From contig JANRJA010000077.1 of NCBI GenBank assembly GCA_033764315.1, positions 1-64,000 of the forward strand: a DNA stretch of 64,000 bases, in the 5' to 3' direction. Positions 33,858 through 43,353 of the stretch are shown one piece after another (within the stretch, counting starts at the first letter, position 1; every line of letters starts with the position of its first letter). The notes under the pieces were generated by a model. It was given only the letters and a program-made list of their open reading frames with translations, had not been told where the DNA came from and searched no databases. The DNA comes from Oculatellaceae cyanobacterium bins.114 (GTDB lineage: Bacteria > Cyanobacteriota > Cyanobacteriia > Elainellales > Elainellaceae). Made by a program: the position numbers and the translations under genes.

Positions 33858-34117
33858 TAACGTCAGTTCGGTTTAAGAGCCTAGCGAATAAATTCGCAGC
33901 TATCAGAGCGAAGTTCGCCTTCGCGAACTACGGAGAATCAAGGGTTGAGTGAGCCGACTCCTATAAAATCTGGCTAGTTGCTTACTAGTTACTTTCCTAC
34001 AGGCAAAGGTTTTAGCCTAGCCTTACAACAGGTAAGCAGCCAGATTTCATATCAGGTCGTTTTTGCTCCTGTAGTTGCGGTTTTAACCGCCAAATTCCTT
34101 ATCCCGAATTCACGTTA
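33858..34117 (+). mobile_element. MITE family A, copy 1 (carries a nested insertion)
   Basis: Ends TAACGTCAGTTCGG / CCGAATTCACGTTA; near-identical to 37920 and 50943. Confidence 0.9.
33962..34051. mobile_element. 90-bp nested MITE
   Basis: TIRs TATAAAATCTGGCT / AGCCAGATTTCATA; absent from the other two family A copies. Confidence 0.8.
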
Positions 34118-34120
34118 AAG

Positions 34121-34199
34121 AAGTTGGAAGAAGCTTACCTCAACGGAGTGTGCTTCTTCCAACTCCCTAATCTCACAAATGATTTAGGACTGCTCTATA
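34121..34199. repeat. Partial TATAGC-family element
   Basis: CTCACAAATGATTTAGGACTGCT is the reverse complement of the 25803 left end; AGTTGGAAGAAGC/GCTTCTTCCAACT palindrome. Confidence 0.6.
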
Positions 34200-34202
34200 A
34201 CT

Positions 34203-35153
34203 CTAGCAATATAACGTCTGAACCCATTCCCACTCTTTTTCTAACCCATCTTTGAGAGACACCTGGGGTTGATAGCCAATTAGTTTTTGGGCTTTCGACA
34301 CATCAGCACTGGTGTGTCGAGCATCTCCCATCGCTTTCTCAACGTGGTTGCGCTTAATCGGTTTGCCGACGATCGCCTCCATCGTATCGAGCACCTCAGT
34401 CAAGACCACGCGGCTTCCGCCACCGACGTTAAAGATTTCACCAACCGCATCTGGAGCAGTGGCAGCCGCCAAGTTAGCGGCGATCGCATCACTAACAAAG
34501 GTAAAATCACGAGTTTGTTGACCATCGCCGTAGACAGGGATGGCTTGGTCTTCAATCACCGCCTTAAAGAACTTGTGGAATGCCATGTCTGGACGCTGAC
34601 GTGGACCATACACGGTGAAGTAGCGCAACGCCGTCACAGGAACATCAAAGTTGTAGTAATACAACCAACACAACCGCTCTGCTGCCAGTTTGGTAATGCC
34701 ATAAGGAGACACAGGCTGTGGGCAGGTTGTTTCAGACGTTGGCATGGTTTCAGCATTGCCATACACCGACGAAGTAGAAGCAAAAACCAGCCGCTTAAGC
34801 TGTTTGGCATCTTTAGCTGCTTCTAAAATCACCTGCGTGGCATTGATATTACGCTCTGTGTAAGCCCGAAATCCAGCCCCCCAGCTTGCTCTAACTCCGG
34901 CTTGAGCCGCCTGATGATAGATCACTTCAACCCCTTCAAGTAAAGCATTCCAGTCGAGTGTCTGAATATCACTTTCAAATAGTTTAAAGTTGGGGTGACT
35001 TAAAAAAGGAGCAACATTTTTGCGCTTGAGGGCAACGTCATAGTAATCATTGAATTGGTCAACCCCTATGACAGTTTTGCCTTGAGAAAGCAATGATTCG
35101 ACCAGATGAGAACCAATAAACCCTGCAACGCCAGTAACAATAACGCTATTCAT
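34203..35153 (-). CDS. NAD-dependent epimerase/dehydratase (UDP-glucuronate epimerase-like)
   Basis: TGVAGFIG, HQAAQAGVR, YGITK, YGPRQRPDMAF. Confidence 0.93.
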   Translation of the reverse strand: MNSVIVTGVAGFIGSHLVESLLSQGKTVIGVDQFNDYYDVALKRKNVAPFLSHPNFKLFESDIQTLDWNALLEGVEVIYHQAAQAGVRASWGAGFRAYTERNINATQVILEAAKDAKQLKRLVFASTSSVYGNAETMPTSETTCPQPVSPYGITKLAAERLCWLYYYNFDVPVTALRYFTVYGPRQRPDMAFHKFFKAVIEDQAIPVYGDGQQTRDFTFVSDAIAANLAAATAPDAVGEIFNVGGGSRVVLTEVLDTMEAIVGKPIKRNHVEKAMGDARHTSADVSKAQKLIGYQPQVSLKDGLEKEWEWVQTLYC

Positions 35154-35203
35154 GGAATGCCAGCCAAGTAACTACAAATTGAACGAAAAGAACGAAAAAT
35201 AAA

Positions 35204-35980
35204 CTAGAGATAGTAGAAGCTGAAATTTGTTAATGCTAGTAACCGAGTTTTATTCAAACGGTAATGATAGCCCATGCGCCGCGAAATTTTTTCCCACCGA
35301 GTTCGCCCTTTCTTTTGATATGAAGCATCAATATGCTTTCTCGCATTATCAATTTCGTCGATTTGTTGGTCATGAATGATTGGGAAACCTGCCTTAAAAG
35401 CCGCTAAGCCAATTGCAATGCCGCTACCAGCATGAACATTTTGTAGCTCTAAATAGCGACCAATCATGCCCCAATATTTTAGAAACTCTCTTTCTTTACC
35501 CTGATTTTTTCTCACTACAAAAAGGGATTCTCCGACGTAAGTCACATCTTTAGGATTGATATCCAGCTTTGCAGCCACTTTTTCAACCGCTGATAACCGC
35601 TCTGGATTGTATTGACTCACATGCTCTACTAGATTTTCTTGATGGCGCGCTGTTAAGCCACCCTGCCAAATCAATTGGGGTGAAATTGCAGCCGTAATTT
35701 TAGTATCAGCATCAATCAAGATAGCGGCATCAAACTGATCTAAAGCTCTTTCAATAGGAAATCGTTTGTCGTGATAGCAGTGTAAAATTCCCTGTTGTTG
35801 ATGTTGAAATGCTAAAACGTTTCGGTTATTAGCAAAGTCTTTGGGTTCATCTGTTAAGACAACTAACTGAATGCCGGGAGCAAACTGCTCTAAGTTTTCA
35901 GCCAATTGTTGGGTTAGCAGACGATATTTAGGTCGTAACGCTAAGGTGCAAAAGCAAAATGTTTCTGGGGTCGCACTCAT
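35204..35980 (-). CDS. Hypothetical protein, possible GT-A-like fold
   Basis: 258-aa ORF with LTD and IDAD (DxD) motifs, upstream of the epimerase. Confidence 0.7.
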   Translation of the reverse strand: MSATPETFCFCTLALRPKYRLLTQQLAENLEQFAPGIQLVVLTDEPKDFANNRNVLAFQHQQQGILHCYHDKRFPIERALDQFDAAILIDADTKITAAISPQLIWQGGLTARHQENLVEHVSQYNPERLSAVEKVAAKLDINPKDVTYVGESLFVVRKNQGKEREFLKYWGMIGRYLELQNVHAGSGIAIGLAAFKAGFPIIHDQQIDEIDNARKHIDASYQKKGRTRWEKISRRMGYHYRLNKTRLLALTNFSFYYL

Positions 35981-36119
35981 TGGTCGAAACCTTGATAATT
36001 TGAAGACATATTAGAAACTGTAATCATTCACACCCTCACTATTTTTCTAAAGAAATGAGTTAAAACAGGAACAAATGGAAGGTTGCAGATTTGCTGTGAT
36101 GATCTATGTTCGACTGAGC

Positions 36120-36204
36120 TATAACCGTCCTCAATCAGTGAAGATGGGCGGATTGTGAGATGGGCGGATTGTGAGAGGCGCACCCCTTTTTGGGGATTGC
36201 CCTA
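36120..36204. repeat. Degenerate TATAGC-family element with 16-bp tandem duplication
   Basis: GATGGGCGGATTGTGA x2, then TGTGAGAGGCGCACCCC...GGGATTGC shared with the 58411 copy. Confidence 0.55.
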
Positions 36205-36707
36205 TCAATTAGATCTAGAGGTTTTGTACTCAATGGGTTTGGGGGTCGATGTACTGCGAATGCTATCTTTGATTGCTGAAAACGGACAACTATCTTTGGC
36301 TTGCCACATTGAATCTTAAAGTAGCTTCTCTTCTAATTCCCTCTGGCTTCATTTGTTTTTCACATTGGATGTCTAAAGTTGTACCCATCCTAAACCGTTT
36401 TACTGAGGTTGCCCCTATTGCAGTGTCAACCCATCCATGAAGTATTGGTTTACCTGACTCCGTATAACCTCGATTGCCAAATTTCAGGGTTATGCTCTAA
36501 TAAGGCTCAAATTTTAGGGAGCGATCGCCACAGTTTCGTCAGTCTCATCTGAGTCAGAGCATTGCAGGGAGCTACCACCTTACGTCAGTTGTAAACGGCT
36601 TGCGACTCCGAGCAGGAGTTTCGCTCGTGCTGCATGGGATATTCGACATCGGATATTCAGCCATTGCAGGGACAGCTACTCCTCTATTCAAGTGGTTAAA
36701 TTTCGTC

Positions 36708-37751
36708 ATGCATAGCTTTGGGCAGAATAAAACTCCATTAATTTTGGTGGTCGATGACCAAAAAATGTTGCGTCTAACATTGCGGCGATCGCTCGAAAAA
36801 GAAAGTTATCGAGTGATTGAAGCGAGTAATGGGGCCGAGTGTTTGGCTCTGTGGCAGCCGCAGGGGTTGTTATTTGAGGAGGTGGAGCAACGCCCAGACG
36901 TTATTTTGCTCGACGCCATCATGCCTCAAATGGATGGCTTTGCCTGTTGCGCTCAACTGCATGCCACCCTCGGCGATCGCTGCCCTCCCATCTTGATGAT
37001 TACAGCTCTCGACGATGAAAAGTCAGTGGATTGGGCATTTGAGGTGGGGGCAACCGATTACATCACCAAACCTATTCATTGGGCAGTGCTGCGGCAGCGA
37101 GTGCGACGATTGCTGCATGCTCAGTGGGCAATGGAAGAACAACAACGGCTGCTATCTGAGTTGCGGGCGACGATGGCGCACGAGCGTTTATTAAAAGAGC
37201 AGTTAGAGGTGGCCAATCACAAATTAGAACGCCTAGCCTCGAGTGATGGGCTAACGCAACTTGCCAATCGTCGTTCATTTGATTTGTCCTTGCAACAGGA
37301 ATGGCAACGGCTCATCCGAGAACAAGTTCCCTTGACCTTGGTGTTATGTGATATCGATTACTTCAAAGCTTACAACGATAGCTATGGGCACATTGCAGGC
37401 GACGAGTGTTTACGACAAGTGGCCGCGTTGTTGCGTGATGTGGTCAAACGCCCCGCTGATTTAGTAGCACGCTATGGCGGAGAAGAGTTTGCCCTGATTT
37501 TGCCCAACACTGGTTTAGATGGGGCAATCCGCTTGGTAGAGGCGATTCAAACTCAACTCCGTCGCAAGGCGATCGCCCATGCTGGGTCATCGGTCAACTC
37601 GATTGTCACGATTAGTATGGGGATTGCTAGTGCGGTTCCTCACGCAAAACTGTCACCTCATGAATTGGTAGATCAGGCCGATCAAGCCTTATATCGAGCG
37701 AAGTTGCAGGGCCGGGATCGCTATTGCGTGTTTCAACGAGTGCAATTGTAA
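36708..37751 (+). CDS. REC-GGDEF diguanylate cyclase
   Basis: VVDD, ILLDAIMP receiver; RPADLVARYGGEEF with RxxD I-site. Confidence 0.93.
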   Translation: MHSFGQNKTPLILVVDDQKMLRLTLRRSLEKESYRVIEASNGAECLALWQPQGLLFEEVEQRPDVILLDAIMPQMDGFACCAQLHATLGDRCPPILMITALDDEKSVDWAFEVGATDYITKPIHWAVLRQRVRRLLHAQWAMEEQQRLLSELRATMAHERLLKEQLEVANHKLERLASSDGLTQLANRRSFDLSLQQEWQRLIREQVPLTLVLCDIDYFKAYNDSYGHIAGDECLRQVAALLRDVVKRPADLVARYGGEEFALILPNTGLDGAIRLVEAIQTQLRRKAIAHAGSSVNSIVTISMGIASAVPHAKLSPHELVDQADQALYRAKLQGRDRYCVFQRVQL

Positions 37752-37919
37752 GTGGAGGACGGAGAGTAGGCAGGGGGTGAGAGTGTGAAGGGGTAAAAAG
37801 TCTTGCATCCTCTCGTTACGTCACCTTTTATAGCAATACAAGGTTGGGGTAAAGTATGAAACCCAACATCTGCATGGGTTACGCTAACGCATCCCAATAT
37901 TTAAATCAGTCCACCTACT

Positions 37920-38085
37920 TAACGTCAGTTCGGTTTAAGAGCCTAGCGAATAAATTCGCAGCTATCAGAGCGAAGTTCGCCTTCGCGAACTACAGGAAAT
38001 CAAGGGTTGAGTGAACCGACGCAGGTCGGTTTTGCTCCTGTAGTTGCGGTTTCAACCGCCAAAATCCTGATCCCGAATTGACGTT
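37920..38085 (+). mobile_element. MITE family A, copy 2
   Basis: TAACGTCAGTTCGG...CCGAATTGACGTTA; right end overlaps the coaX stop codon. Confidence 0.9.
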
Positions 38086-38875
38086 ACTTACATGTAGCCG
38101 CGATGCCCTTTAGAACCAAATCAGCATCCCAATGGAGTCCAACGAACTCGTCTGGATAGAGGTTTTGCAAGGCGTGATGCAGCAGTGAACTGTCGCCTCC
38201 GGTGAGGGCGATCGCACTGGTGGGGTGTTGTTGGAGCCAAGCCACTGTGAACTCTCGGATGCTAGCCAGAGCAGTGTATAGCACTCCACTGCGAATGGCA
38301 TCGGGGGTATTGGTTGCCCAACGAGTTGGGAGATCAGTAAATTGAGGCGTGATAGGGGGTAGGGCAGCGGTGTGCTGTGAGAGCGATCGCATTTGTAGTT
38401 GCAGCCCAGGCAGAATGGCTCCCCCCACAAGCTGCTGATCGGCGTTTGCTCCGGTAAAGGTCAATGCAGTTCCGGCATCAATCACCAGGGCAGGTGCTCC
38501 CCATTGGGCGATCGCTCCCCTCAGTGCCAGTGCCCGATCGATCCCCAAGCTGGCATAGAGTCCTTGCAACGAAATGTCAGCCAGAGTCAGCAGATGAGCA
38601 TGGGAATAGACTTGCCAAAGAGCCGTTTGGGTCGGGACAACGGAGGCGATCCATAAATCGGGGGAGTGCAGATGCAGAGCGTCGGGCAGGGTGAGTTGGC
38701 TGGTCTGGGAGAGGGCAGTCAGGGTCAACTGAGTGTCGATCAGATGGGCGATCGCTTCGGCATTAAAATGGGGTGTATCCCAGGCATATTGCAAAGTTTT
38801 TTCAGTGAAGACTCCCCAGTGCAAGCGAGAATTGCCAATCATCAGGGCAATCCAGGAGGAGGGATCGGCAGTCAT
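38084..38875 (-). CDS. coaX: Type III pantothenate kinase
   Basis: MIGNSRLHW, LGIDR, VIDAGTALT, GGAILPG, LTGGD; ATG overlaps the miaA stop (ATGA). Confidence 0.9.
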   Translation of the reverse strand: MTADPSSWIALMIGNSRLHWGVFTEKTLQYAWDTPHFNAEAIAHLIDTQLTLTALSQTSQLTLPDALHLHSPDLWIASVVPTQTALWQVYSHAHLLTLADISLQGLYASLGIDRALALRGAIAQWGAPALVIDAGTALTFTGANADQQLVGGAILPGLQLQMRSLSQHTAALPPITPQFTDLPTRWATNTPDAIRSGVLYTALASIREFTVAWLQQHPTSAIALTGGDSSLLHHALQNLYPDEFVGLHWDADLVLKGIAATCK

Positions 38876-39930
38876 GTCTGGTGCTCCGCTGAATCTGCCG
38901 CTGCGGCTAAAAACGGTTGGACTCGCTCCCACACCCGTTCAAACAAGTGGGGATCATCTGAGTCGAACCACTGAATGGTCTTATCTGCCCGAAACCAAGT
39001 ACGCTGGCGTTTGGCAAACTGACGAGTATGCACAACAATCTGGGCGATCGCCTCTGTGAGTGAGAGGTCTCCTGTCAGGTACGGCTTGATCTCGGCGTAC
39101 CCCAGGGTGTTGAGCAACGGCAAATCAACTCCATATTTGTCGCATAACTGTTGCACCTCATCCACAAAGCCCGCTGCAATCATCTGTTGGGTTCGTTGCT
39201 CAATGCGATGGGTTAGAGGATCGGTCTCGGCAGAACTCAGGCAGTCTAAGCCAATTTGTAGAATGGGATAGCAGGGGGGATCTTCTCCCTGTTGCTGAGA
39301 CAGCGGTTGCCCGGTGGTGTAAAACACTTCTAACGCCCGCAGTGTGCGGACTTCGTCATTAGGGTGAATTTTGTCAGCTGAGGGGGGATCAACTTGCTGC
39401 AAAAAGACGTAACACTGGCTCTGTCCCATTTGTTTTAGTTGCGATCGCAATTCAGCTTGAGGAGGGACTCTGGGGATCTTTAATCCTTGAACAATGGAGC
39501 GAATATAAAGTCCAGTCCCCCCAACCAGCAGGGGAATGGGTTGATGGGTTGATGGGTGAGAGGCAGCTTTTAATGTTGAGTTTTGAGTTTTGAGTTTTGA
39601 GTTTTGAATGACCTCTTCCTCACTCCCGACTCTCGGCACGGACTGATGTAACTGCTGAATCACCTGTTGTGCCTGATGCTGATACTCTGCCACTGTAAAG
39701 GTCTCTGTGGGATCGCAAATATCAATGAAATAGTGAGGCACTTGGGTTTGCTCCATCGGGGTTGGTTTTGCTGTGCCGATGTCAAATTCACGATAGACTT
39801 GGCGAGAATCGGCACTCAAAATGACTGCATTGAGCTGCTGTGCCAACTTCAACGCTAAACCTGATTTTCCACTTGCCGTTGGGCCACAAATAACGATTAA
39901 AATAGGAACAGGAATATTTAGTACAAACGT
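38872..39930 (-). CDS. miaA: tRNA dimethylallyltransferase; start codon non-canonical or uncertain
   Basis: GPTASGKS P-loop lies upstream of the ORF-track TTG; SADSRQVY, DIGTAKP, VGGTGLY, FAKRQRTWF. Confidence 0.92.
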   Translation of the reverse strand, partial: TFVLNIPVPILIVICGPTASGKSGLALKLAQQLNAVILSADSRQVYREFDIGTAKPTPMEQTQVPHYFIDICDPTETFTVAEYQHQAQQVIQQLHQSVPRVGSEEEVIQNSKLKTQNSTLKAASHPSTHQPIPLLVGGTGLYIRSIVQGLKIPRVPPQAELRSQLKQMGQSQCYVFLQQVDPPSADKIHPNDEVRTLRALEVFYTTGQPLSQQQGEDPPCYPILQIGLDCLSSAETDPLTHRIEQRTQQMIAAGFVDEVQQLCDKYGVDLPLLNTLGYAEIKPYLTGDLSLTEAIAQIVVHTRQFAKRQRTWFRADKTIQWFDSDDPHLFERVWERVQPFLAAAADSAEHQT

Positions 39931-40202
39931 ATTTGAACTCCAAAATTATAGAACGGAGACTCTAGATGTTTAAAGAGGCAGTTGATTACCCTCTTCAAAA
40001 CTACTTAATACTCGGTTTTGCGATCGACGAGTGACAAGCAACGAGTTGCCAGGATGAGGAACTTTGTGATCCATCCCGACTACGATTTTCACTCAAAACC
40101 GCCTTAAAACCGCTCCAGAGCCATTTGTGCTATAATTTTGGTGTGTTTTGATGTTCTGAAGTTAATCGGGCTTTAAGCCAAGCTACAGGAGTGACCCTAT
40201 TC

Positions 40203-42140
40203 ATGACAAATAGTTACGGTGCTGATCAAATTCAAGTCCTGGAAGGAGTCAATCACGTTCGTGCACGTCCAGGCATGTATATTGGCAGCACTGGACCAAG
40301 AGGACTGCACCATTTAGTCTATGAAGTCGTCGATAACTCTGTTGATGAAGCACTCGCAGGATATTGTAAACGAATTCAGGTGACGTTATACGCTGATGGG
40401 TCTGCCAGCATTACAGATGACGGGCGAGGCATTCCAACCGATATTCACCCTCATTCCAAAAAGTCTGCTCTAGAAACGGTCATGACTGTGCTTGGTGCCG
40501 GGGGCAAGTTTGGTGGGGGCGGCTATAAAGTGTCGGGGGGCTTGCACGGGGTTGGTATCTCTGTCGTTAACGCCCTCTCAGAATGGGTTGAAGTCACGGT
40601 TTGGCGCGATAAAAAAGTTCATACGCAGCGTTATGAACGCGGAGTGCCAGTCACTGAATTGCAAGTTAAGCCTGACTCTCAAAATCGTACGGGCACATCG
40701 GTTGTGTTTAAGCCCGACACCAAAATTTTTACGACTACCACTGAGTTTGACTATGCCACCCTGTCGGGTCGATTGAGAGAGTTGGCATACCTCAACGCTG
40801 GGGTTGAGATTCTGTTTACCGACAATCGCTTAGAGTTGCTCAAGAGCGATGAACCCAGAGTCGATCGCTACTACTATGCAGGCGGCATCCGAGAGTATGT
40901 CTCCTATATGAATATTGATAAGCAACCGCTGCACGACGAGATTGTTTTTGTTCAAGGCGAGCGCAACAATGTTCAAGTTGAGGTGGCGTTGCAATGGTGT
41001 GTCGATGCTTATAACGACAACCTTTTAGGGTTTGCTAACAACATTCGCACGATCGATGGTGGCACCCATTTAGAAGGTCTAAAAGCGGTGTTGACCCGCA
41101 CGATGAACTCTCTGGCGCGTAAACGCAACAAGCTAAAAGAGAATGAATCAAACCTGGCAGGGGAAAATATCCGCGAGGGTTTAACGGGTGTCATCTCTGT
41201 GAAGGTACCTGACCCTGAGTTTGAAGGACAAACCAAAACGAAACTGGGTAATACTGAAGTTCGAGGAATTGTTGATTCGTTGGTGGGTGAAGCCCTAACG
41301 GAATATTTAGATTTTCGCCCAGCGGTGGCAGATGCCATTTTAGAGAAAGCGATCGAAGCCTTTAAAGCAGCAGAGGCAGCCCGTAAAGCTCGTGAATTGG
41401 TGCGTCGTAAGTCGGTACTAGAGTCGTCTACGCTGCCTGGTAAGTTGGCGGATTGCAGTTCTCGTGACCCGAGTGAGTCTGAAATCTTTATTGTGGAAGG
41501 AGACTCAGCAGGTGGGAGTGCTAAACAAGGACGCGATCGCCGTTTTCAAGCGATTTTGCCCTTGCGAGGCAAGATTCTCAACATTGAGAAAACTGACGAT
41601 GCCAAGATCTACAAGAACACTGAAATTCAAGCCCTGATTACAGCCTTGGGATTGGGGATTAAAGGCGAAGAATTTGACTCGTCGCAATTGCGCTATCACC
41701 GCATTGTCATCATGACCGATGCGGATGTCGATGGTGCTCACATTCGGACGTTGCTGCTCACCTTCTTCTATCGCTATCAGCGGTCAATGGTCGATCAGGG
41801 TTTTGTCTACATCGCCTGCCCACCGCTCTATAAAATTGAGCGAGGACGCAATCACTACTATTGCTATAGCGATCGCGAACGGGATCAGATCATCGCTGGG
41901 TTCCCTGAAAATGCCAAGATCGAGATCCAACGATTTAAAGGTCTGGGTGAAATGATGCCCCAGCAACTTTGGGATACGACGATGAACCCAGAGACCCGCA
42001 CCTTTAAACGGATCGAAATTGAAGATGCGGCAGAAGCCGATCGCATTTTTACCGTGTTAATGGGCGATCGCGTAGCCCCCCGTCGGGAGTTTATCGAAAC
42101 CTATGGATCGCGATTAAACCTGGCTGATCTGGATATTTAA
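40203..42140 (+). CDS. gyrB: DNA gyrase subunit B
   Basis: [40 protein letters not shown]. Confidence 0.98.
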   Translation: MTNSYGADQIQVLEGVNHVRARPGMYIGSTGPRGLHHLVYEVVDNSVDEALAGYCKRIQVTLYADGSASITDDGRGIPTDIHPHSKKSALETVMTVLGAGGKFGGGGYKVSGGLHGVGISVVNALSEWVEVTVWRDKKVHTQRYERGVPVTELQVKPDSQNRTGTSVVFKPDTKIFTTTTEFDYATLSGRLRELAYLNAGVEILFTDNRLELLKSDEPRVDRYYYAGGIREYVSYMNIDKQPLHDEIVFVQGERNNVQVEVALQWCVDAYNDNLLGFANNIRTIDGGTHLEGLKAVLTRTMNSLARKRNKLKENESNLAGENIREGLTGVISVKVPDPEFEGQTKTKLGNTEVRGIVDSLVGEALTEYLDFRPAVADAILEKAIEAFKAAEAARKARELVRRKSVLESSTLPGKLADCSSRDPSESEIFIVEGDSAGGSAKQGRDRRFQAILPLRGKILNIEKTDDAKIYKNTEIQALITALGLGIKGEEFDSSQLRYHRIVIMTDADVDGAHIRTLLLTFFYRYQRSMVDQGFVYIACPPLYKIERGRNHYYCYSDRERDQIIAGFPENAKIEIQRFKGLGEMMPQQLWDTTMNPETRTFKRIEIEDAAEADRIFTVLMGDRVAPRREFIETYGSRLNLADLDI

Positions 42141-42193
42141 GGCTTCCAGATTTTTTCACTTACAGCGGTTGCCGCTTGAATAAGCCACAAATT

Positions 42194-42263
42194 GCAGGGT
42201 GGGCATCGCCCACAAAGCTTCATAGTCAAGGCTTTTGGGGAATGTGGGCAGTGCCCACCCTGC
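42194..42263. repeat. REP-like inverted pair
   Basis: GCAGGGTGGGCATCGCCCAC ... GTGGGCAGTGCCCACCCTGC. Confidence 0.75.
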
Positions 42264-42313
42264 CGAGAATCTGCATCCAGTCAACCCAGTTGAGCAATTA
42301 CGGGGAATTAGTT

Positions 42314-42883
42314 ATGCTGCCGACGAAAGCCAAATTATGGACGGTGGAGGACTATCACCGCATGGTTGAAGCCGGAGTTTTGACGGGGAGCGATCGCGTT
42401 GAGCTATTGGAAGGACAAATCATCGAGATGAATCCGCAACTGCCACCTCATGCAGCAACGACTCAACGCGCCTTTCGCTACCTCGATCGATTGCTGGAAA
42501 CTGTTGCTTATGTGCGGATGCAGTTGCCTGTAATGCTGAAACCCAAATCGGAACCCGAACCGGATATTGCAGTGGTTCGCATTGATGCCAATGAGTATGG
42601 CGATCGCCATCCCACGCCAGAGGATATCTTTTTGATTATCGAGGTTGCTGATTCCACATTACTGGGCGATCGTCAGCAAAAAGCTCTAATTTATGCGAAA
42701 GCTGGAATTGCTGATTACTGGATTTTGGATGTGAATGCCAAACAGGTTGATATCTTTCGGGAACCAACTCCAGAGGGCTATCAGCAGGAAGCGAGCGTTG
42801 CTGCAAACACGATGCTTGCTCCAGTCGCCTTTCCTGACATCAGCATTCCACTCAACCAGCTCTTTCTCCAAAATGCGCTTTAA
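42314..42883 (+). CDS. Uma2-family (DUF820) PD-(D/E)XK nuclease-like protein
   Basis: WTVEDYHRM, RVELLEG, PEPDI, LIIEVADS, YAKAGIADYW. Confidence 0.92.
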   Translation: MLPTKAKLWTVEDYHRMVEAGVLTGSDRVELLEGQIIEMNPQLPPHAATTQRAFRYLDRLLETVAYVRMQLPVMLKPKSEPEPDIAVVRIDANEYGDRHPTPEDIFLIIEVADSTLLGDRQQKALIYAKAGIADYWILDVNAKQVDIFREPTPEGYQQEASVAANTMLAPVAFPDISIPLNQLFLQNAL

Positions 42884-43039
42884 ATATTTGAATGAGAATC
42901 ACCCTCAAACGGTGCAAGGGCGATCGCGGTTTCATCGATTCGCTAGCTATTAAATTTCACTTAGTCCGCAATGATGAAGTCTGAAACGCTCATCTCGTTC
43001 AAGAAATTTCACTTAGTTCACAAACAGGAAGATACCTTA

Positions 43040-43159
43040 GTACTGCTTTTCACAGATAGGGTTCGGAAATAAAATCAAGGGGGTGTGGAGGCTACGGCCC
43101 CAGCCAGGGGTCTCACCCCTGCCCCCCAAATTCCCCCCCCTATTTACGACGAGTTGTAC
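43040..43159 (+). mobile_element. MITE family B, copy 1
   Basis: Imperfect 22-bp TIRs GTAC...ATAGGG; CTTAG on both sides; near-identical to 54860. Confidence 0.85.
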
Positions 43160-43187
43160 TTAGCAATTTAATGAGAATTGTTGACTC

Positions 43188-43231
43188 GTAAACTCTGATA
43201 CAGAATCTTCTGGGTTAGAAATCCATATTGT
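43188..43231 (+). promoter_or_regulatory. Putative NtcA-activated promoter
   Basis: GTA-AACTCTGA-TAC followed 22-24 nt later by CATATT/TATTGT. Confidence 0.6.
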
Positions 43232-43252
43232 GTAGCTAAAGCAATCATTTAT

Positions 43253-43339
43253 TAGGGATAACTTGGCGTGGTTATTCCCTACCAATAGTCCCTTTTGGGG
43301 GTGTCAGCGCAATCTGTGCTGGCACCCCTTATTGTTTTT
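43253..43339 (+). promoter_or_regulatory. Structured 5' leader / attenuator-like hairpins
   Basis: Hairpin TAGGGATAAC/GTTATTCCCTA, then a 13-bp hairpin followed by TTATTGTTTTT just before the RBS. Confidence 0.5.
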
Positions 43340-43353
43340 AGCAGGACGCTGAT

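Noticed and set aside
39920-39933. LexA-like box AGTACAAACGTATT between miaA and gyrB
   Set aside because: Two mismatches to RGTACNNNDGTWCB and it overlaps the probable miaA start; too weak
43231-43240. TGTAGCTAAA resembling the 3' end of a SAM-II riboswitch
   Set aside because: Upstream SAM-II stem and conserved nucleotides are absent
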